This document shows, in pieces, positions 38,506-51,583 of a stretch of DNA of 64,000 nucleotides (position 1 is its first letter; each line of letters begins with the position of its first letter). The stretch lies in the NCBI GenBank assembly GCA_035221665.1, contig CM069157.1, forward strand, positions 11,842,001 to 11,906,000. The letters are read 5' to 3'. A program made the position numbers and the translations under genes. The stretch comes from Okamejei kenojei. Its lineage: Eukaryota. A model generated the notes under the pieces. It searched no databases. It worked only from the letters and a program-made list of their open reading frames with translations, and was not told where the DNA came from.

Positions 38506-40297
38506 CTAAAAACCCATGGGCACAATCAGTTCACCTGCATTTGTATCAGATTTTTCTCAAATAATAATTATAATCTTTGAATATTACGATGGCAATAATT
38601 GTTAGAAGTTAGACTGTGCATAATAGGATTTGTTACACAAAATGTAAAGTAGTTTTCTTTAATGTTTGCAAGCAATAACCTAAATTTAACATCTTTACTA
38701 CAACTCCTTTGTTCCAGGTTTTTTTCCCGGAACTCGTTTCTAATCAGTGACCTAACTGGCAAAAAAAATCTGCTGATCCCCAATATCCGCGGCTTGTCCC
38801 ACTGCCAAAATCCTCGAAGCTGAAAGCATTGTTCCACATTCACAGACTGAAAACCTTACAGCAATGACACCGAAACCGAGCACCAAAAAACAGGCTCCAA
38901 ATTGTGTGAATTGTAATGACTGAAACCACAAAATATTTATTTAATTCCTAAATAAATCAGTGCATTTGCTTTGGGGGAGATGCTGATGCTCTGCAAATAT
39001 CCAAAACGTTTTCAGTTAGCATTCAAACAGGGCATGACAAAATCTACAAACGTTTTTTTTTGAGAGTGGAGATGTGAAGGGGATAGGTGAGAAAGTAGTG
39101 GGAATTCAGCGAGGAAGGGGTTAGCTTTAGGAATGGTATGTTTAAAACATCACTGCTCAGCAGGGTAGATGTTCAGCATCCCACAAAGTTTGAGGAAGTA
39201 ATGGATTTTGCAAAACCTTCGAACCCCACCTCTGGGGAAATTTTGAAGTTAAGCTTTCACTTAAAAATACGTGGTGAAAGTTGGGGTGGGGTTGACAGGA
39301 GGACGAGTAGTTATGAATAATCCTGCCACGTTTTAAGTATAGCCCTGACTGGCACAGCTTGTCGGTCTGGGATTACCATCCTCTCAGGCATAATGACATC
39401 ATCACATCACATTTAAATTACTGGAACTACTTTTTTCTTGGTCTTTGAAAATGTCTTCAAAGCATTTGACAACAATTGAATAATTAGCAGGACAGGACAA
39501 GGGCCAGAGTTAAACCTCCTGTGTACAGAAGTCATACTGCAATTACCATTTGTCAAAGACCTTGCATTGTTGTAACCAAACTTAATTGTCTTTTACAATT
39601 TCATTTTTATTTGAGAATGTGAAAGCCCTAATATTTCACAGCATTTCATTAAATATAATTTGGACTGTACACTTAACATACAGATTTCTTACTGCACCAC
39701 AAACTCATCTCACCTGTACTCTCCCCAACGGTCAATTAATCCACCTCTTAACCAGCTCACTATTACGCTTCAAATCATAAACTCAGAGGAAGTTTTCTAC
39801 ACTAAAACTATCACATCATCTTCAAATCATTATATATAAATGTTGTTTCAGATGAAGCCATAACTGAGGAACAATACCAGGCAAGCTTTCAACTGGCAAA
39901 CTGCATCTCAGCAGCAGTTTAAATTGGCTTTAATAATGATGCAAGGAAGCTGCATCATTTTCACCACAGGGCACAAACTCACTTCTAGTCACATGAATAC
40001 TCCCCACCCACAGACCCCATCAAACAAGCAAAGACAACAATCACAAACAATCAAATATTAGGCTTCTGGAATTAACTTGGCCTGTTTTACACTAGACTGT
40101 CTGCTTTTTAACTATCTTACAAAATGGTGGTTAAAGAGAAAATGGCAGCCGCAAAACCTTGTCCTGTACGGAATGCTTAAACAATCTGGCTTATTCTTGA
40201 GGCAAAAGCTAACCGATTGAACCAATACATAGGTTATGATGTATTACAAGTTAAAATGTAAACAGTTTGCTCTTAAATCAGCTGCATGGCACAGATA

Positions 40298-40318
40298 TAC
40301 ACACACACACACACACAC
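40298..40318. repeat. (AC)n microsatellite
   Basis: acacacacacacacacacac. Confidence 0.85.
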
Positions 40319-41384
40319 TAGCTTATAAGCATTCCAGGTTTAGTACTGCAATGTCATCCTACAAACACTGCTGCCCTGTAGTGTTATATAAAGCTGCTTT
40401 CATTGTAAGCAACAAATTTAATATTTGAGTTTTCATTAAATACAAATGTTGATTTCACTCATCTAGAATTTGTAATGCTGATGGTACCACATTGAAATTG
40501 AGGAGACAGAAAGCACCCAGGATATTTAATGCTGACACCAGCAGGAAATTGCAGCAAGGGAATCCACTATTGACAAGATTTCACACATTCCATGAAGCAC
40601 GATGTTATACAACTCCACAAAAAACAGCCAAAGTAAACAACTCCCAGTCATGGCCAATAGAAATTGCTATCGCATCTCGACCCCACATTGATGACCTGCA
40701 GTGTGTGCAGATTCAGTCTCTCGCTAACATGATTGCTCTCCCATCTTAAAAATGCTTATTGCTCTGCCAACATTTACATTTGTAAACAATAACAATGTGA
40801 GTGGATTGGTTTGTCTCACACGCTTTCCATGTGCTTTCGATTTATTGCCCATCTGCCATTACCATCAAAATACTGGAAGCTATCCAAGTATTTCACACTG
40901 AATCTCACACTCCTGGCTGGCTCCCTAACAAAAGCCTTGAGCTTTCTTTTGAAATCCTGCCCAGTTTTATTTCAGGCTCTGACCTGATGAATGAGAGTTG
41001 AATACTCCAAGGAGTTTATTTATTCATTCATTTTTTTAAGGATGCTATTGCCGATGGCGAGGCCAGCATTTATTGCCCATCAGATGGCTCTTCGTGGTAG
41101 TAGAAATTGTGGGTTTCAAAAGTGCTGTCAGAGCAGCTTTGGCAAGTAATTGCAAGACATTGTTGATAGTGCACACTGTAGCCTGTATGACAGTAATGGA
41201 GGGAAATTAATGTCAAGGATAGTGGATGTATTGCCAATCAAACAGAACTATTTGTCGTGCACAGATTCATGTTTCAGAACGGTTGATAGAGCTGCATTTA
41301 ATCTGGACTAGTATGGAATATAACATATCAAGCAATAACATCCCAACAGACTCAAGTCTTAGACCACTCAAACCCCAAGAGTAA

Positions 41385-41878
41385 ATGTGTAGGAAGTGCA
41401 GGCCCGGCGATAGTTTTTTCTGAACATCGGCGAGACCAAGCGCAGGTTTGACGAACACCTTAAACTCCGCTTAAATTTCGCTTAAACTCCCCTACCCATT
41501 CCCATTCTGACCTTTCAGTCCTGGGCCTCCTCCATTGTCAGAGTGAGGTCCAGCACAAATTGGAGGAACAGCACCTCATATTTTGCTTGTGTAGCTTAGA
41601 CCCCAGCAGTATGAACATTGACATCTCTAACTTCAAATAGCCCTTGCTTTCCCTCTCCCCATCCCTTCCCCCTGCCCAGTTCTCCCATCAGTCTTACTGC
41701 CTCCGACTACATTCTATCTGTCCCGCCCACTCCCCTGACATCAGTCTGAAGAAGGGTCTCGACCCGAAGCGTCATCCATTCTTTCTCTCCAGAGATGCTG
41801 CCTATCGCGCTGAGTTACGCCAGCATTTTGTGTCTACCTTCAATTTAAACCAGCATCTGCAGTTCTTTCCTACACATT
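41385..41878 (+). mobile_element. Penelope-like retroelement 3' remnant: GIY-YIG endonuclease end, terminal repeat, and short inverted 5' terminus
   Basis: IGETKRRF...HSHSDLSVLGLLHCQSEVQHKLEEQHLIFCLCSLDPSSMNIDISNFK*. Hammerhead-like motif at 41746-41773 (GAAG variant). Left end atgtgtaggaa is inverted relative to right end ttcctacacat. Confidence 0.85.
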
Positions 41879-42149
41879 AAATTAAAATGTTGACTTTCTC
41901 TCTCCGAAAGACATTGGAAAGTTTCCTTCTGATGGGCAATTTTTCCAGGTTTAGAGAAGCTGTAACAGAATGTTCATTCTCATTGAATGGCGGTGCTGGC
42001 TCGAAGGGCCGAATGGCCTACTCCTGCACTTATTGTCTATTGTCATTCCAATGAAGGAGATCTCTGTAAACATCAGTTAGGCTTTAGTTTGAGATACAGG
42101 GTATAAACAGGCCCTTTGGCCCACCTAGTCTGTACCGACCAGTGACAGA

Positions 42150-43350
42150 AATCGCTATCAAAATATGGAAGGGACCGGGGGACAGGGGGACACACAATTT
42201 CTTGGCGGTTGCGCACGCTCACACACGAGGCTTCGGAGGCTTCTGCCGTGGGCCCTGTGAATGGTAATTTCAGCTCAATCCAGCGTTAAATGCAGCTCAA
42301 CTCTGCCTGTCTCGCCGGGTTAACCTACAGCCCTGCCTGGACTGACTGAATACCAATCCGGAGCCGTAGAGCTAGCGCTGCTTCTCCGTGCTGCCTGTAA
42401 GCCTGGACCATGTTTCCTGCAAGTCCAGGCAGGGAGAGGCAGAGTTGAGCTAGGTTTAGCGCTGCTTTGCTGCGCTGCCTGTGGGCACCGCGCCCTTCTG
42501 ACTCCCGACGTCTCTGGCCACCACCGGGCGTGTGTGGGGGGGGGGGGGGGGCACTTGGGTAGAGACAGGGATGGTCCAGTGGAGGTTCGGCAGCGATTGC
42601 AGCGCTGGAGACCTGGGATCGATCCTGGCTGCAGATGAGGCGCAGCTCTGTGTCCAGCAAAGATCCTATGCAGAGATCCCAGCTTTGGTGTCCAGGACCA
42701 AAGATTATAGGACTGCCGTTGTGACCCTATGACCTGGGCACGTCTCCCTCCTCCAATCGCCCCGCTCTATCCTCAGTCCCACCCCCCTCACCACTTCCCC
42801 CTCTGACCGACACCTCCCTCCTCCAATCATCGCACTCAATCATCATGTTCCGCCCCCATTGCATGCTGACCGACGTCCCTCTTTCCAATCGGCGCCCTCG
42901 ATCATCAGTCCCACCCCCAGTCCCGCGGAAAGCGAAGATTTCACTGGGTTTTAAAATCCGGACTACAAAAAATTTGGGTGGGGGGGGGGGGGGGGGGCTG
43001 TGCCAATGCAGCACATAAAAAAAGAATACAGACATAACAATAATAAAGAGATTTTAAACATAAAAAACATCCCCCCACAATGGTTCCCATTATGAGGGAA
43101 GGCACAATGTGCAGTCCCCATCCCCATGTCCTGCCATAGTCAGGCCTATTGAGGCCTCCGCAGTCGCCGTCACGGAGGCCCGATGTTCCAGGCCGTTCTT
43201 GCCGGGTGGTGGTGCTCCAGCATCGGGAGAATCCTCAGCTGCTTGGGACACCTGGAACGGCCGCTTCCTTACCGGAGCCCGCGGCTTCCGAAGCCAACAA
43301 GGCCACGCTGACTGGAGCTCCCCCACTGGCTCCCGATGTTAAAGTCAGCG
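42150..43350. repeat. GC/CpG-rich composite repeat cluster in intron 4
   Basis: High CpG, internal inverted repeat (about 42283-42317 / 42428-42463), three diverged ~60-bp units (42741-42918), G-runs; 43025-43350 is related to 33730-34085. Confidence 0.55.
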
Positions 43351-43448
43351 CCGCTAATGAGGGGCACTACATATTGAACATGGTCAGGCTGAAAACCATA
43401 TGCAACATAGTTTATAGATTTATTGCTCTTCCTTATGACAATTAAATT

Positions 43449-43639
43449 AAAGTGCTGGAATAACAGCATCTCTGGAGAATAGGGATAGGTGATGCTTTTA
43501 GTTGGGACCCTTCATCAGCCTGAAGAAGAGTCCCAACCCAAAATATCACCAATCCACATGTTCCAGAAAGGCTGCCTGACCCGCCGAGTTACCTGAGCAC
43601 TTTGTCTTTAAATCAGCATCTGCGGTTCCTTGTTTCTAC
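43449..43639. mobile_element. Fold-back Penelope-derived element with two back-to-back decayed hammerhead motifs
   Basis: ggtgatgcttttagttgggacccttcatcag|c|ctgaagaagagtcccaacccaaaatatcacc. Confidence 0.75.
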
Positions 43640-44779
43640 TTCGCACATATATACACACACCTGTGGTTTGACTTGCTGAATATTTCTAGTGTTTCCTGTT
43701 TTCACTGATATCCACATTTACAGTTTTTGCTTTGAGCGAGTAGTGATTAATCCTAACACTGAAATAATAAAGGACAATATTCTAAGGAAGTTGATGCCAT
43801 AAGCTGTCTACTGGATCAATGACCAAATATCCAGATAGAAGATATGTTTTGCCACGAACTGTAAATTATCCCAAACTCCATAAAGTGGTGATCACCAAAA
43901 CTTACAAATGAGGTAAAAGTAAATTAAAGGTAAAAAAGTAACACCAGAAAGCTTGGGGGTCAACCCATTAATTGCTGATTATTTCCTCTACTTCTTTAAT
44001 TTGTTGCAGCTTCAGTTATTTCTGATCAATCTCAAACTCCTCCCAATGTCCACATCATCATCCACCCCATTAAAAGTCATGAGGCACCATCATTGACTTT
44101 TCACTGAAGGAAGTTCAGTGCAACTAGTTGCAATCTCCCAAATCTCACTTCCTGAAAAAGACAAATCATTGAATGCAGGTGCAGACTGATGCAGTGCATT
44201 CAAATTCAAAGCTCGCATTTAAATTCACAGCTCTCATTTAACCTTTATGGCTTGTTTCAATAGCAACCATTCTCAAGTCATGAATATTATGAAGCCTTAT
44301 TGAGAAGGGGACGAAAGTATAAACTCTTGAAGCACCATCTCTGAACAATCTTATTAAATGGCACAGGAGGCTCCAGGCCCTTATTCAATTTATAAGTTGA
44401 ATCCTTGGCACCTATTTAGTTACTGACAAAGTTCCCGATCATTGTAATTAAGTGTAGAAATGAAATCACGATCTGTGGAGCTCAGTGATGCCGGCTTACC
44501 TTACTGATCTTCAAGGAACTAAGCCTTGAAGGATTATTCTCTTCAAAGTAGAAGCAAGGAGGCAAAACAACACTGAAAACATTTCAACTGATTTATTTCA
44601 GTATAAATCGACGTGCTTGCTTATCCAAGACCTAACATTAATAAACTAAAGAAAGAACAAACCAATGTCGCCCATTCAACCTGAAATCTTATGACTCAGG
44701 TAAAAATCAATGAACAATACAGTTCTGACTACGGTGGCAGGAGGGGGGAGGAGGTAGAGCTACAGGAAACAAAATAAAG

Positions 44780-44905
44780 TTGTAAGAAAGAACTGCAGAT
44801 GCTGGTTTAAATCGAAGGTAGACACAAAATGCTGGAGTAACTCAGCGGGTGAGGCCGCATCTCTGGAGAGAAGGAATGGGCGATGTTTCGGGTGGAGACC
44901 ATTCA
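44780..44905 (-). mobile_element. Penelope-type terminal repeat copy
   Basis: gaaagaactgcagatgctggtttaaatcgaaggtagacacaaaatgctggagtaactcagcggg...gatgtttcgggtggagacc. Confidence 0.8.
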
Positions 44906-45909
44906 GCTTTAACGCATTAGCTACCCGATGACAGGGAAATGGTAACGTCTGCGGCACTCGGGGCAATTTAAAAGGATTATGATTGTTATGCTAATTATTT
45001 ACTTTAACTCATAAAATACCAACACACAACTGTTTCTGCCTCCATCACAATTACAGCAAGGACTGTTAGCTCTGTCCCCAAAGCACGAGTGGCTGGAGAA
45101 GAATAACTATTTAAAGAGCACTTGCTCGATAAGAACAATGGGAATATTTTTGACAGAAACAATGACTCTCACCTCGGGATTCTGTCCATCAACAATCCAT
45201 GAATAGAGCAAAATGTAGTTGGACACTCTGTAATGGGATTATTCAATTGTAAATTATACATCCACCGTGGCCGTATCAGTCAAGCAGGATGTTTACACTG
45301 GAATGGTTTTAACCCTTAAATACTTAACTCCTATTCCACTGGTTTGTGCATCTGCAGCAACAACATGAATTGCTGAGCTAGGTATTATAACAATATCATC
45401 TAAACGGCAATACAGTCAGTAACCAAATTACACAGCAGTTGATGTCTTGTAAATGGGTCAGAACATTTAAATAAGAAATCAATGTGTACTTTGGAGAAAA
45501 CAATCTAATTGGACCAAAGACTCTGGGAAATAAAAGGCATCATACCTCTACCGGATTCTTGGCAAAGAAACAACAGTGTATTAGCTTATTATTTCAGACC
45601 TCCTGAGAACCTTTGTACTATCAGATTCAATCGAAGAAGGAATCTCATTGACCAACACGGATGTTTCATGTTTTCATGTCCATGTGTGAAAATAAGTGCA
45701 TGCATTCTTTTCCATTCTGTAACATGTTGAAGTTGATAAATATATTTAAAATTTTATTTTTAAAACAGAAACAAGATAAGAAAAATAGCTTGAGAAAAAT
45801 AGCACAACTCAAATTTGCAAAATACAACTGCCGCTATATTTTAATCAGTTATCTGTGGTACTGTTACTAGAAACTAGGTTCTAACTGACTGATAACATAC
45901 TTGAGAACA

Positions 45910-46015
45910 AGCTGTCAGTTCAGTGAAGTATTGAGGGTGCTGTTCTGCCAAAGGAGCAGCCTTCTACATGAAATGTTAAAATTAGGTTCAATCTGCTCTT
46001 TTTTTATAGATCCAA
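45910..46015 (+). mobile_element. Ancient Deu-domain SINE remnant
   Basis: cagtgaagtattgagggtgctgttctgccaaaggagcagccttctacatgaaatgttaaaattagg resembles the Deu core as recalled. Confidence 0.4.
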
Positions 46016-47509
46016 TAAAAAAAAAGGTAACCTTTCAATCCAAGGGTAAGATTGAATTATACCTGCAGACAGCCTAATGACCACGAGTTGTTCCTCAGTA
46101 AATGAATGCTTATTTTAACCAAAATACAGCACAATTTAATAATGAAGAGGTTTCTAATTGTACGCAACATTCAATCAAGTTGTTATAAACACATAGTTTC
46201 ATTTCCATTTACTAACATCACAAGCACAGATAACTTAATTACCAAAGACCAGAATTTGTCATTAACCATTATAAGAGCTGTCACAACAGTACTATTGTCA
46301 ATTAGACTGAGTGGCCTCAAACTACGAGTCAACCTCATTCAATATTAAACATGTAAACAAATAGGAATAGTTGTATGCTTCAGAGTTACGGAAGCAAAGT
46401 AAGCTATGGAAAGAGGTTATGATCAAATCCCACTACTGCAAGTGTTTTTATATTCCTTTATATAAAGATAATTTTTCCTGCAACTCTAAGATGCACAGAT
46501 GCTGATCTTAGTTCCTGTATATTTTTTGGAATGTTATGGAACCAAAAAAAAAGCTGACATTAACCACTAGAGCAAAAGTCATCATAAACCAGCTCAGTTT
46601 TCCTGCTGGCTGGACCTCACGTTCAGGCAGCCAAGTACAAATCCACACTGGAGAACAACGGGCCCATCCTCAGGTCTAGGTCTTACATTTAAGCCCGACA
46701 ACAGCTGCGTCTTTTATTCCACTATTGAGCCTACTCTGTCATTTAATAAGATCATACTGATATGACTGGAACCTACACTCTGTATTCCCACAGAAACACT
46801 TTCCCCTTGGTTTTCTAAATTCCATCTACCACCAGCATGAAATTATTCAACGACTTTACTATCAACTCAGTTTGAAGAATACTTGAAAGACTCGAAGCCA
46901 GAAGGATTTTTGCCTCATGAGTAAAGGACAATATATATTTAAAACAGTGACTCTAGTTCTAGATATTCCTGTGAGAAGCATCCACCATGCCATGAATTCT
47001 CAAGACCTTCATTAGTTCAATTAAGTCACCTCTCACCCTTCTTGAAAGGATGCAAAATAAGTTTGCTAGAATGCTCACGTCCTAAAAAGGTTAAAATGTG
47101 AAAATTTATTATGGACCTTTGGGGCAAATGGACGTTTAAAAAATTGATATATTTCTGCTGCCTAAAGGAATTAGTGGATAGAGCAAAGAATTGGGCACAA
47201 ATCTGCAATGCTTTAACAGAGGAACAGACTTCACGGGAGTGAATGAGCCTCCAACTCCTTTGTCTTTACATAGTAAACTTTAGCAACTAAGCATCCACCC
47301 CTAGCTCTTTTCATCAATATTCTCACCTTCTGGTAACAACGCCCATTTATGGTACATTTCCAAATATACCCAAAAAAATAGGTTTACCCATCCACCTCGA
47401 CCTGCCTGACAGTAACTAGCAGATAAATCTTTTTTTTCCATTAACCTTAAGTATTCAGCTCTGCCAAAGTCCTTATCCAAGGAGTCTCCGTTTCCTTGGT
47501 CACTCAATG

Positions 47510-48065
47510 AAATTGAAATCATGATGCAGCTTTACAAGACTTCGAATAGGCCACATTTGGAGTATTGTGTGCGGTTCTGTTCACCCCATTACAGAATGTA
47601 GAGGGTCTGGGAAGGGTGCAGAGGAGGTTTACCACAATAATGCCTGGATTAGGGGGGTAGTACCTGCAGAGAATTATTGGACAGGCATGGATTGCTTTCT
47701 GCGGGGAGACTTGAGAGATGTATATATAATTATAAGAGGCACAGATAGTGTAAACAGTCAGAACCTTTTACCAGGAAGGAAATATTAAATACTAGAGGGC
47801 ATAGCTTTAAGGTAAGGACAAAGTTTAAAGGAGATGGGCGGGGCAAGTATTTTTACACTGAGGGTAGCGAGTGCCTGGAATACACTGCCCGGGGTGGAGG
47901 TTGAAGATATATTAGTGGCATTTAAAAGACTTTTGAATAGGCATCTGGATAAGCAGGGAATGGAGGAATATGGGTTATGTGCACACAGATAAGTGATGGT
48001 TTTGGCATCATGTTCTGCACAGACATTGTGGACCAAAGAGCCTATTCTTCCACTGCACTGTTCTA
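47510..48065 (+). mobile_element. CR1-type LINE ORF2 end and 3'UTR
   Basis: aggccacatttggagtattgtgtgcggttctg (RPHLEYCVRF), ctagagggcatagctttaaggt. Confidence 0.8.
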
Positions 48066-51000
48066 TGAATTATCCTATGGCTTCTGTAAGAGACATTGGT
48101 TCCAGAAATGCTAGAGTCTAGAGAGTGTGAGTGATGTAGCTCTGAAATTAAAAGTTTTGCCTTCTTGCACTTTATTTCTCCACCCAAGATAGAATAAAAA
48201 GGCAAATCATATGCAACATAATCTTTTGACTTAACCCTGTAAATGACAGTGGTCTGCTGGTTAGATCCAACAATCACCCTTACAAGGGCAACATGTTCTT
48301 CCTAAGACAAAGGGCTATTTTTCACCAATAGTAACATTGCACGAGGACTATAAAAACAGTATCCACCAACAACTAAATAATTTTATTACAGTATCTCAAA
48401 GCTTTAGTCAAAACAATTAGCAAACATCTAGATCTGTGATTACAAGACTTAAAGCATATTCCTAAACGTGAAAATAGTTTCGAAAATTGAACTCAAAAAT
48501 TTGATTCTCTCTTCCCCCCAAGTCTCATCAACAGGTCTTATTTAGGAGGGCAATATGCACAATTATATTGTTCTTGTAGGAAACTAACTTGGATAGCAGA
48601 CAATACTTGAAACAGATTTAAATTCAAAGTTACACTTCATGGAAATTAATCTACATGTTTCGAAATGAACCACTTTTTATTTCTTTGAACAGCAAACTAA
48701 ATTTCACCCCACCTTCTTATCGACATTCCTAAAACACTAAAGTTCCACTAGGTTTATGTTTTTTTGTAGTCATTGGTCCCCATCGCTCTGAACTTCAGAG
48801 TGAGATTCCCAACAACTGACCCAAACAAAATATACTCCACCCATCCAGATTTTTGTTGAATTGAAAACATTTTTACTAGCACAGCAGTTTATGAATCATT
48901 TACAGACCTACATTTAAATCCAATATATACACATTCAACAGATTTGCACGGAGTGAGTGAACCAGTGCTGATTTTAAGGTCAAGTGCATGGAAAAATGGT
49001 ACTACTACTACTACTTAATTTCCCAATTTCACATCATCAAAATTAATATGTTTGATGAGAAAATCCACAAAGAAATTTTCACAAAGATGTTCATTTAGAA
49101 CACAAGGAAATTCCTGGATTACTGGGGAGGGGGTTGTATTCCTAGAAATTGATCCATATGACAATTTCCATAATCCAAAAGGCACTGCATCTCTGCATGT
49201 CTCAGTAAATACGTTTTTTCCCCACATTAACCTAAATGTATTCAGTATCGCAAATTTTGCGTAGTGATTTGTGAATTTACATGATATGGGGATCCACTAT
49301 AGAGGAAACATTGAAGGGGGAAAAGGGGGAAATGTTAAAAAGCGAGGTCGTAAAAACCACAAATGGGTTACACTGTTTTCATATTCTGACCACTGTGGGC
49401 AAAGTCAATCAAGTTAAAGTCATACAATTTATGATCAGAGCATATAAGAGACAAAGCAAGCATAACATTGTTACATCTAAACACACTGATACAAACTTTG
49501 AAATTGGAAATGAAAGTTAAAACCATATAATCCCTCACCATCCCCTTTATTTTCACCCCAATTCTCCCATTTAAAGCAGGCTACTCACCCTATTTAATGT
49601 TTGTGTGCGCAAGGGCAGATTAGGCCCCATTATTTTATGCAAGCCAATGACTTGTGGCATTTCCATGATAAAATGCTGGTGTCAACAATATACAGCAACC
49701 ATGCAAAATGTATATATACTTTCAGAATGTTGTTCAAGGTTTCCAAACATGCAAAGTCAAGTAACCAATCCCACCCGTCTGTTGGTCAGCATCCGTGACA
49801 GCAATAGGACAAACACGGGGAAAAAACGTGTAGATTGTACACAATGAAAAGATTTTGCCAAAGTTGTTCAACCCATGACATTTGGGCCTTTGTGGCTGCA
49901 TTGCCAAGTATAAATTTTCACAACATTCTCTACTGTTAAATTCAGCAGCTAAAGGCCTTCGAGGATGAAAATCAGGTGGTAAAACCCCATTTCCTCAAAG
50001 AAAGAAAGCTTGTTGCAACCCCAGTGAGGACTTGAAAAAACGCAAGAATTCTGAAATGCACTATTTGCTTTTACAAAGATACAGCCAACCTTCACTGTCA
50101 AAAGTGGCAGAGGTTCCGAATGCATTGTACCCTGAGATCAGAACAAATAGATTTCTAACAAATTCATGGGCTAGCTTGTATAATCTCTACAAACAAGTCA
50201 CAACAGCCCATTATCTCATTGTTATTTTGATTTATCTGTGCTTATAGAAACTGAAAGTCAACAAATATTATTGACTGAAACATGTTTTAAATAATGAAAA
50301 TTAACTGAATTTGTCGCCCTCCACTGGCGACACTTATCAAAGAGAGTTAACCCTCGATCAACAAACAATTCATCCATATTTTTAATTTGAATCACAAATA
50401 AAATTACATGTCCAGAAAACCTTGCCCTCTGCTAGTTACAATCTGAAACCAGGAGAGGTATCAGAAACCAGATCTATTGATTCATCTTTAATCAAGCCAG
50501 GTTGTGCAAATGTTAGCCATCAAATCCATGGAGAATTCAGCAAGTTGTAGAGGGAAGAGTCAGCAACTTTCTGATTTCTACATTTGCACATCCGCAGCAG
50601 ACATGGAAATCAGGAATACCCTGACCAGTGCATTGTACCTTGATGGCAGTTCTACATTCATCACTGTCTAATCTTCCACAAAATCCAGAGCAATTATTAA
50701 TGATGTTACGGATCCGACAATCTGCTCTAACTCAAGGTATCAAAATAATGGTGAAGTGCACAGTCTCTCATTCCATCCCTGGAATTGAAGGTCAGTCACC
50801 GTTGGATTAACCCAAGCCGAAGGGAAGGTAACACTTCGTATCTGGCCCGAGCAGTGCCCCACTCAGCATTTAACCACCAGGAAGTGTCTTTTTTTTTTTT
50901 AACTCCCCTTTATTTATACATGCTTTGTCCAAAATTGTTTTTTTTTTTGTAATTTAAAAAAAAAAATCAGTAACTATTTAAATCCATTTCATTTGATTTA

Positions 51001-51583
51001 GATGTCTTTAACAACAGGCATTACAAAACATCAGAAGTGGCTTTTGGCAGCATGCACTTCATAGATTGATCAGAGTCCATAGAACAGTCTTGGATTCCAT
51101 CACCTGAGAACTAGTCGCACCCCAAATCACTGCTTCTCGGATGGACAAAACAACAAAGCCACAAATACTTTTGAAATGTGTGAATGCACAACATTAGTCC
51201 TGCTACAGGAATAGTTCTGGGAGCAAACTACAGGGCAGGCTGGGTCAAGCATGATCCAGTTGACTACATACCTGGAGGGAATGTTGGGACATTTATTAAT
51301 TAGCAAGAAAGCGCAATATGCCCACCATTTTTTTGTTGCGCCGTGCTAATCTCTGCCGTTGTATAGCTGCATAAAACGTAACATTTATATAGTAGAAACA
51401 TAACAATTGGCCGAATCAGTTCCTGCCGGTACTCAACCTCCATTATCATTATTAAATATCTTTCCTCATCTAACACCATCTTAATAATGCTTTATTTATT
51501 TTTCAATGGCTTCAATGCAGAAACAAAGAATGGTTACAGCATGAAAGGAGACCTTTCTGCTCCCAGACCTCATGTCAGTTTCA

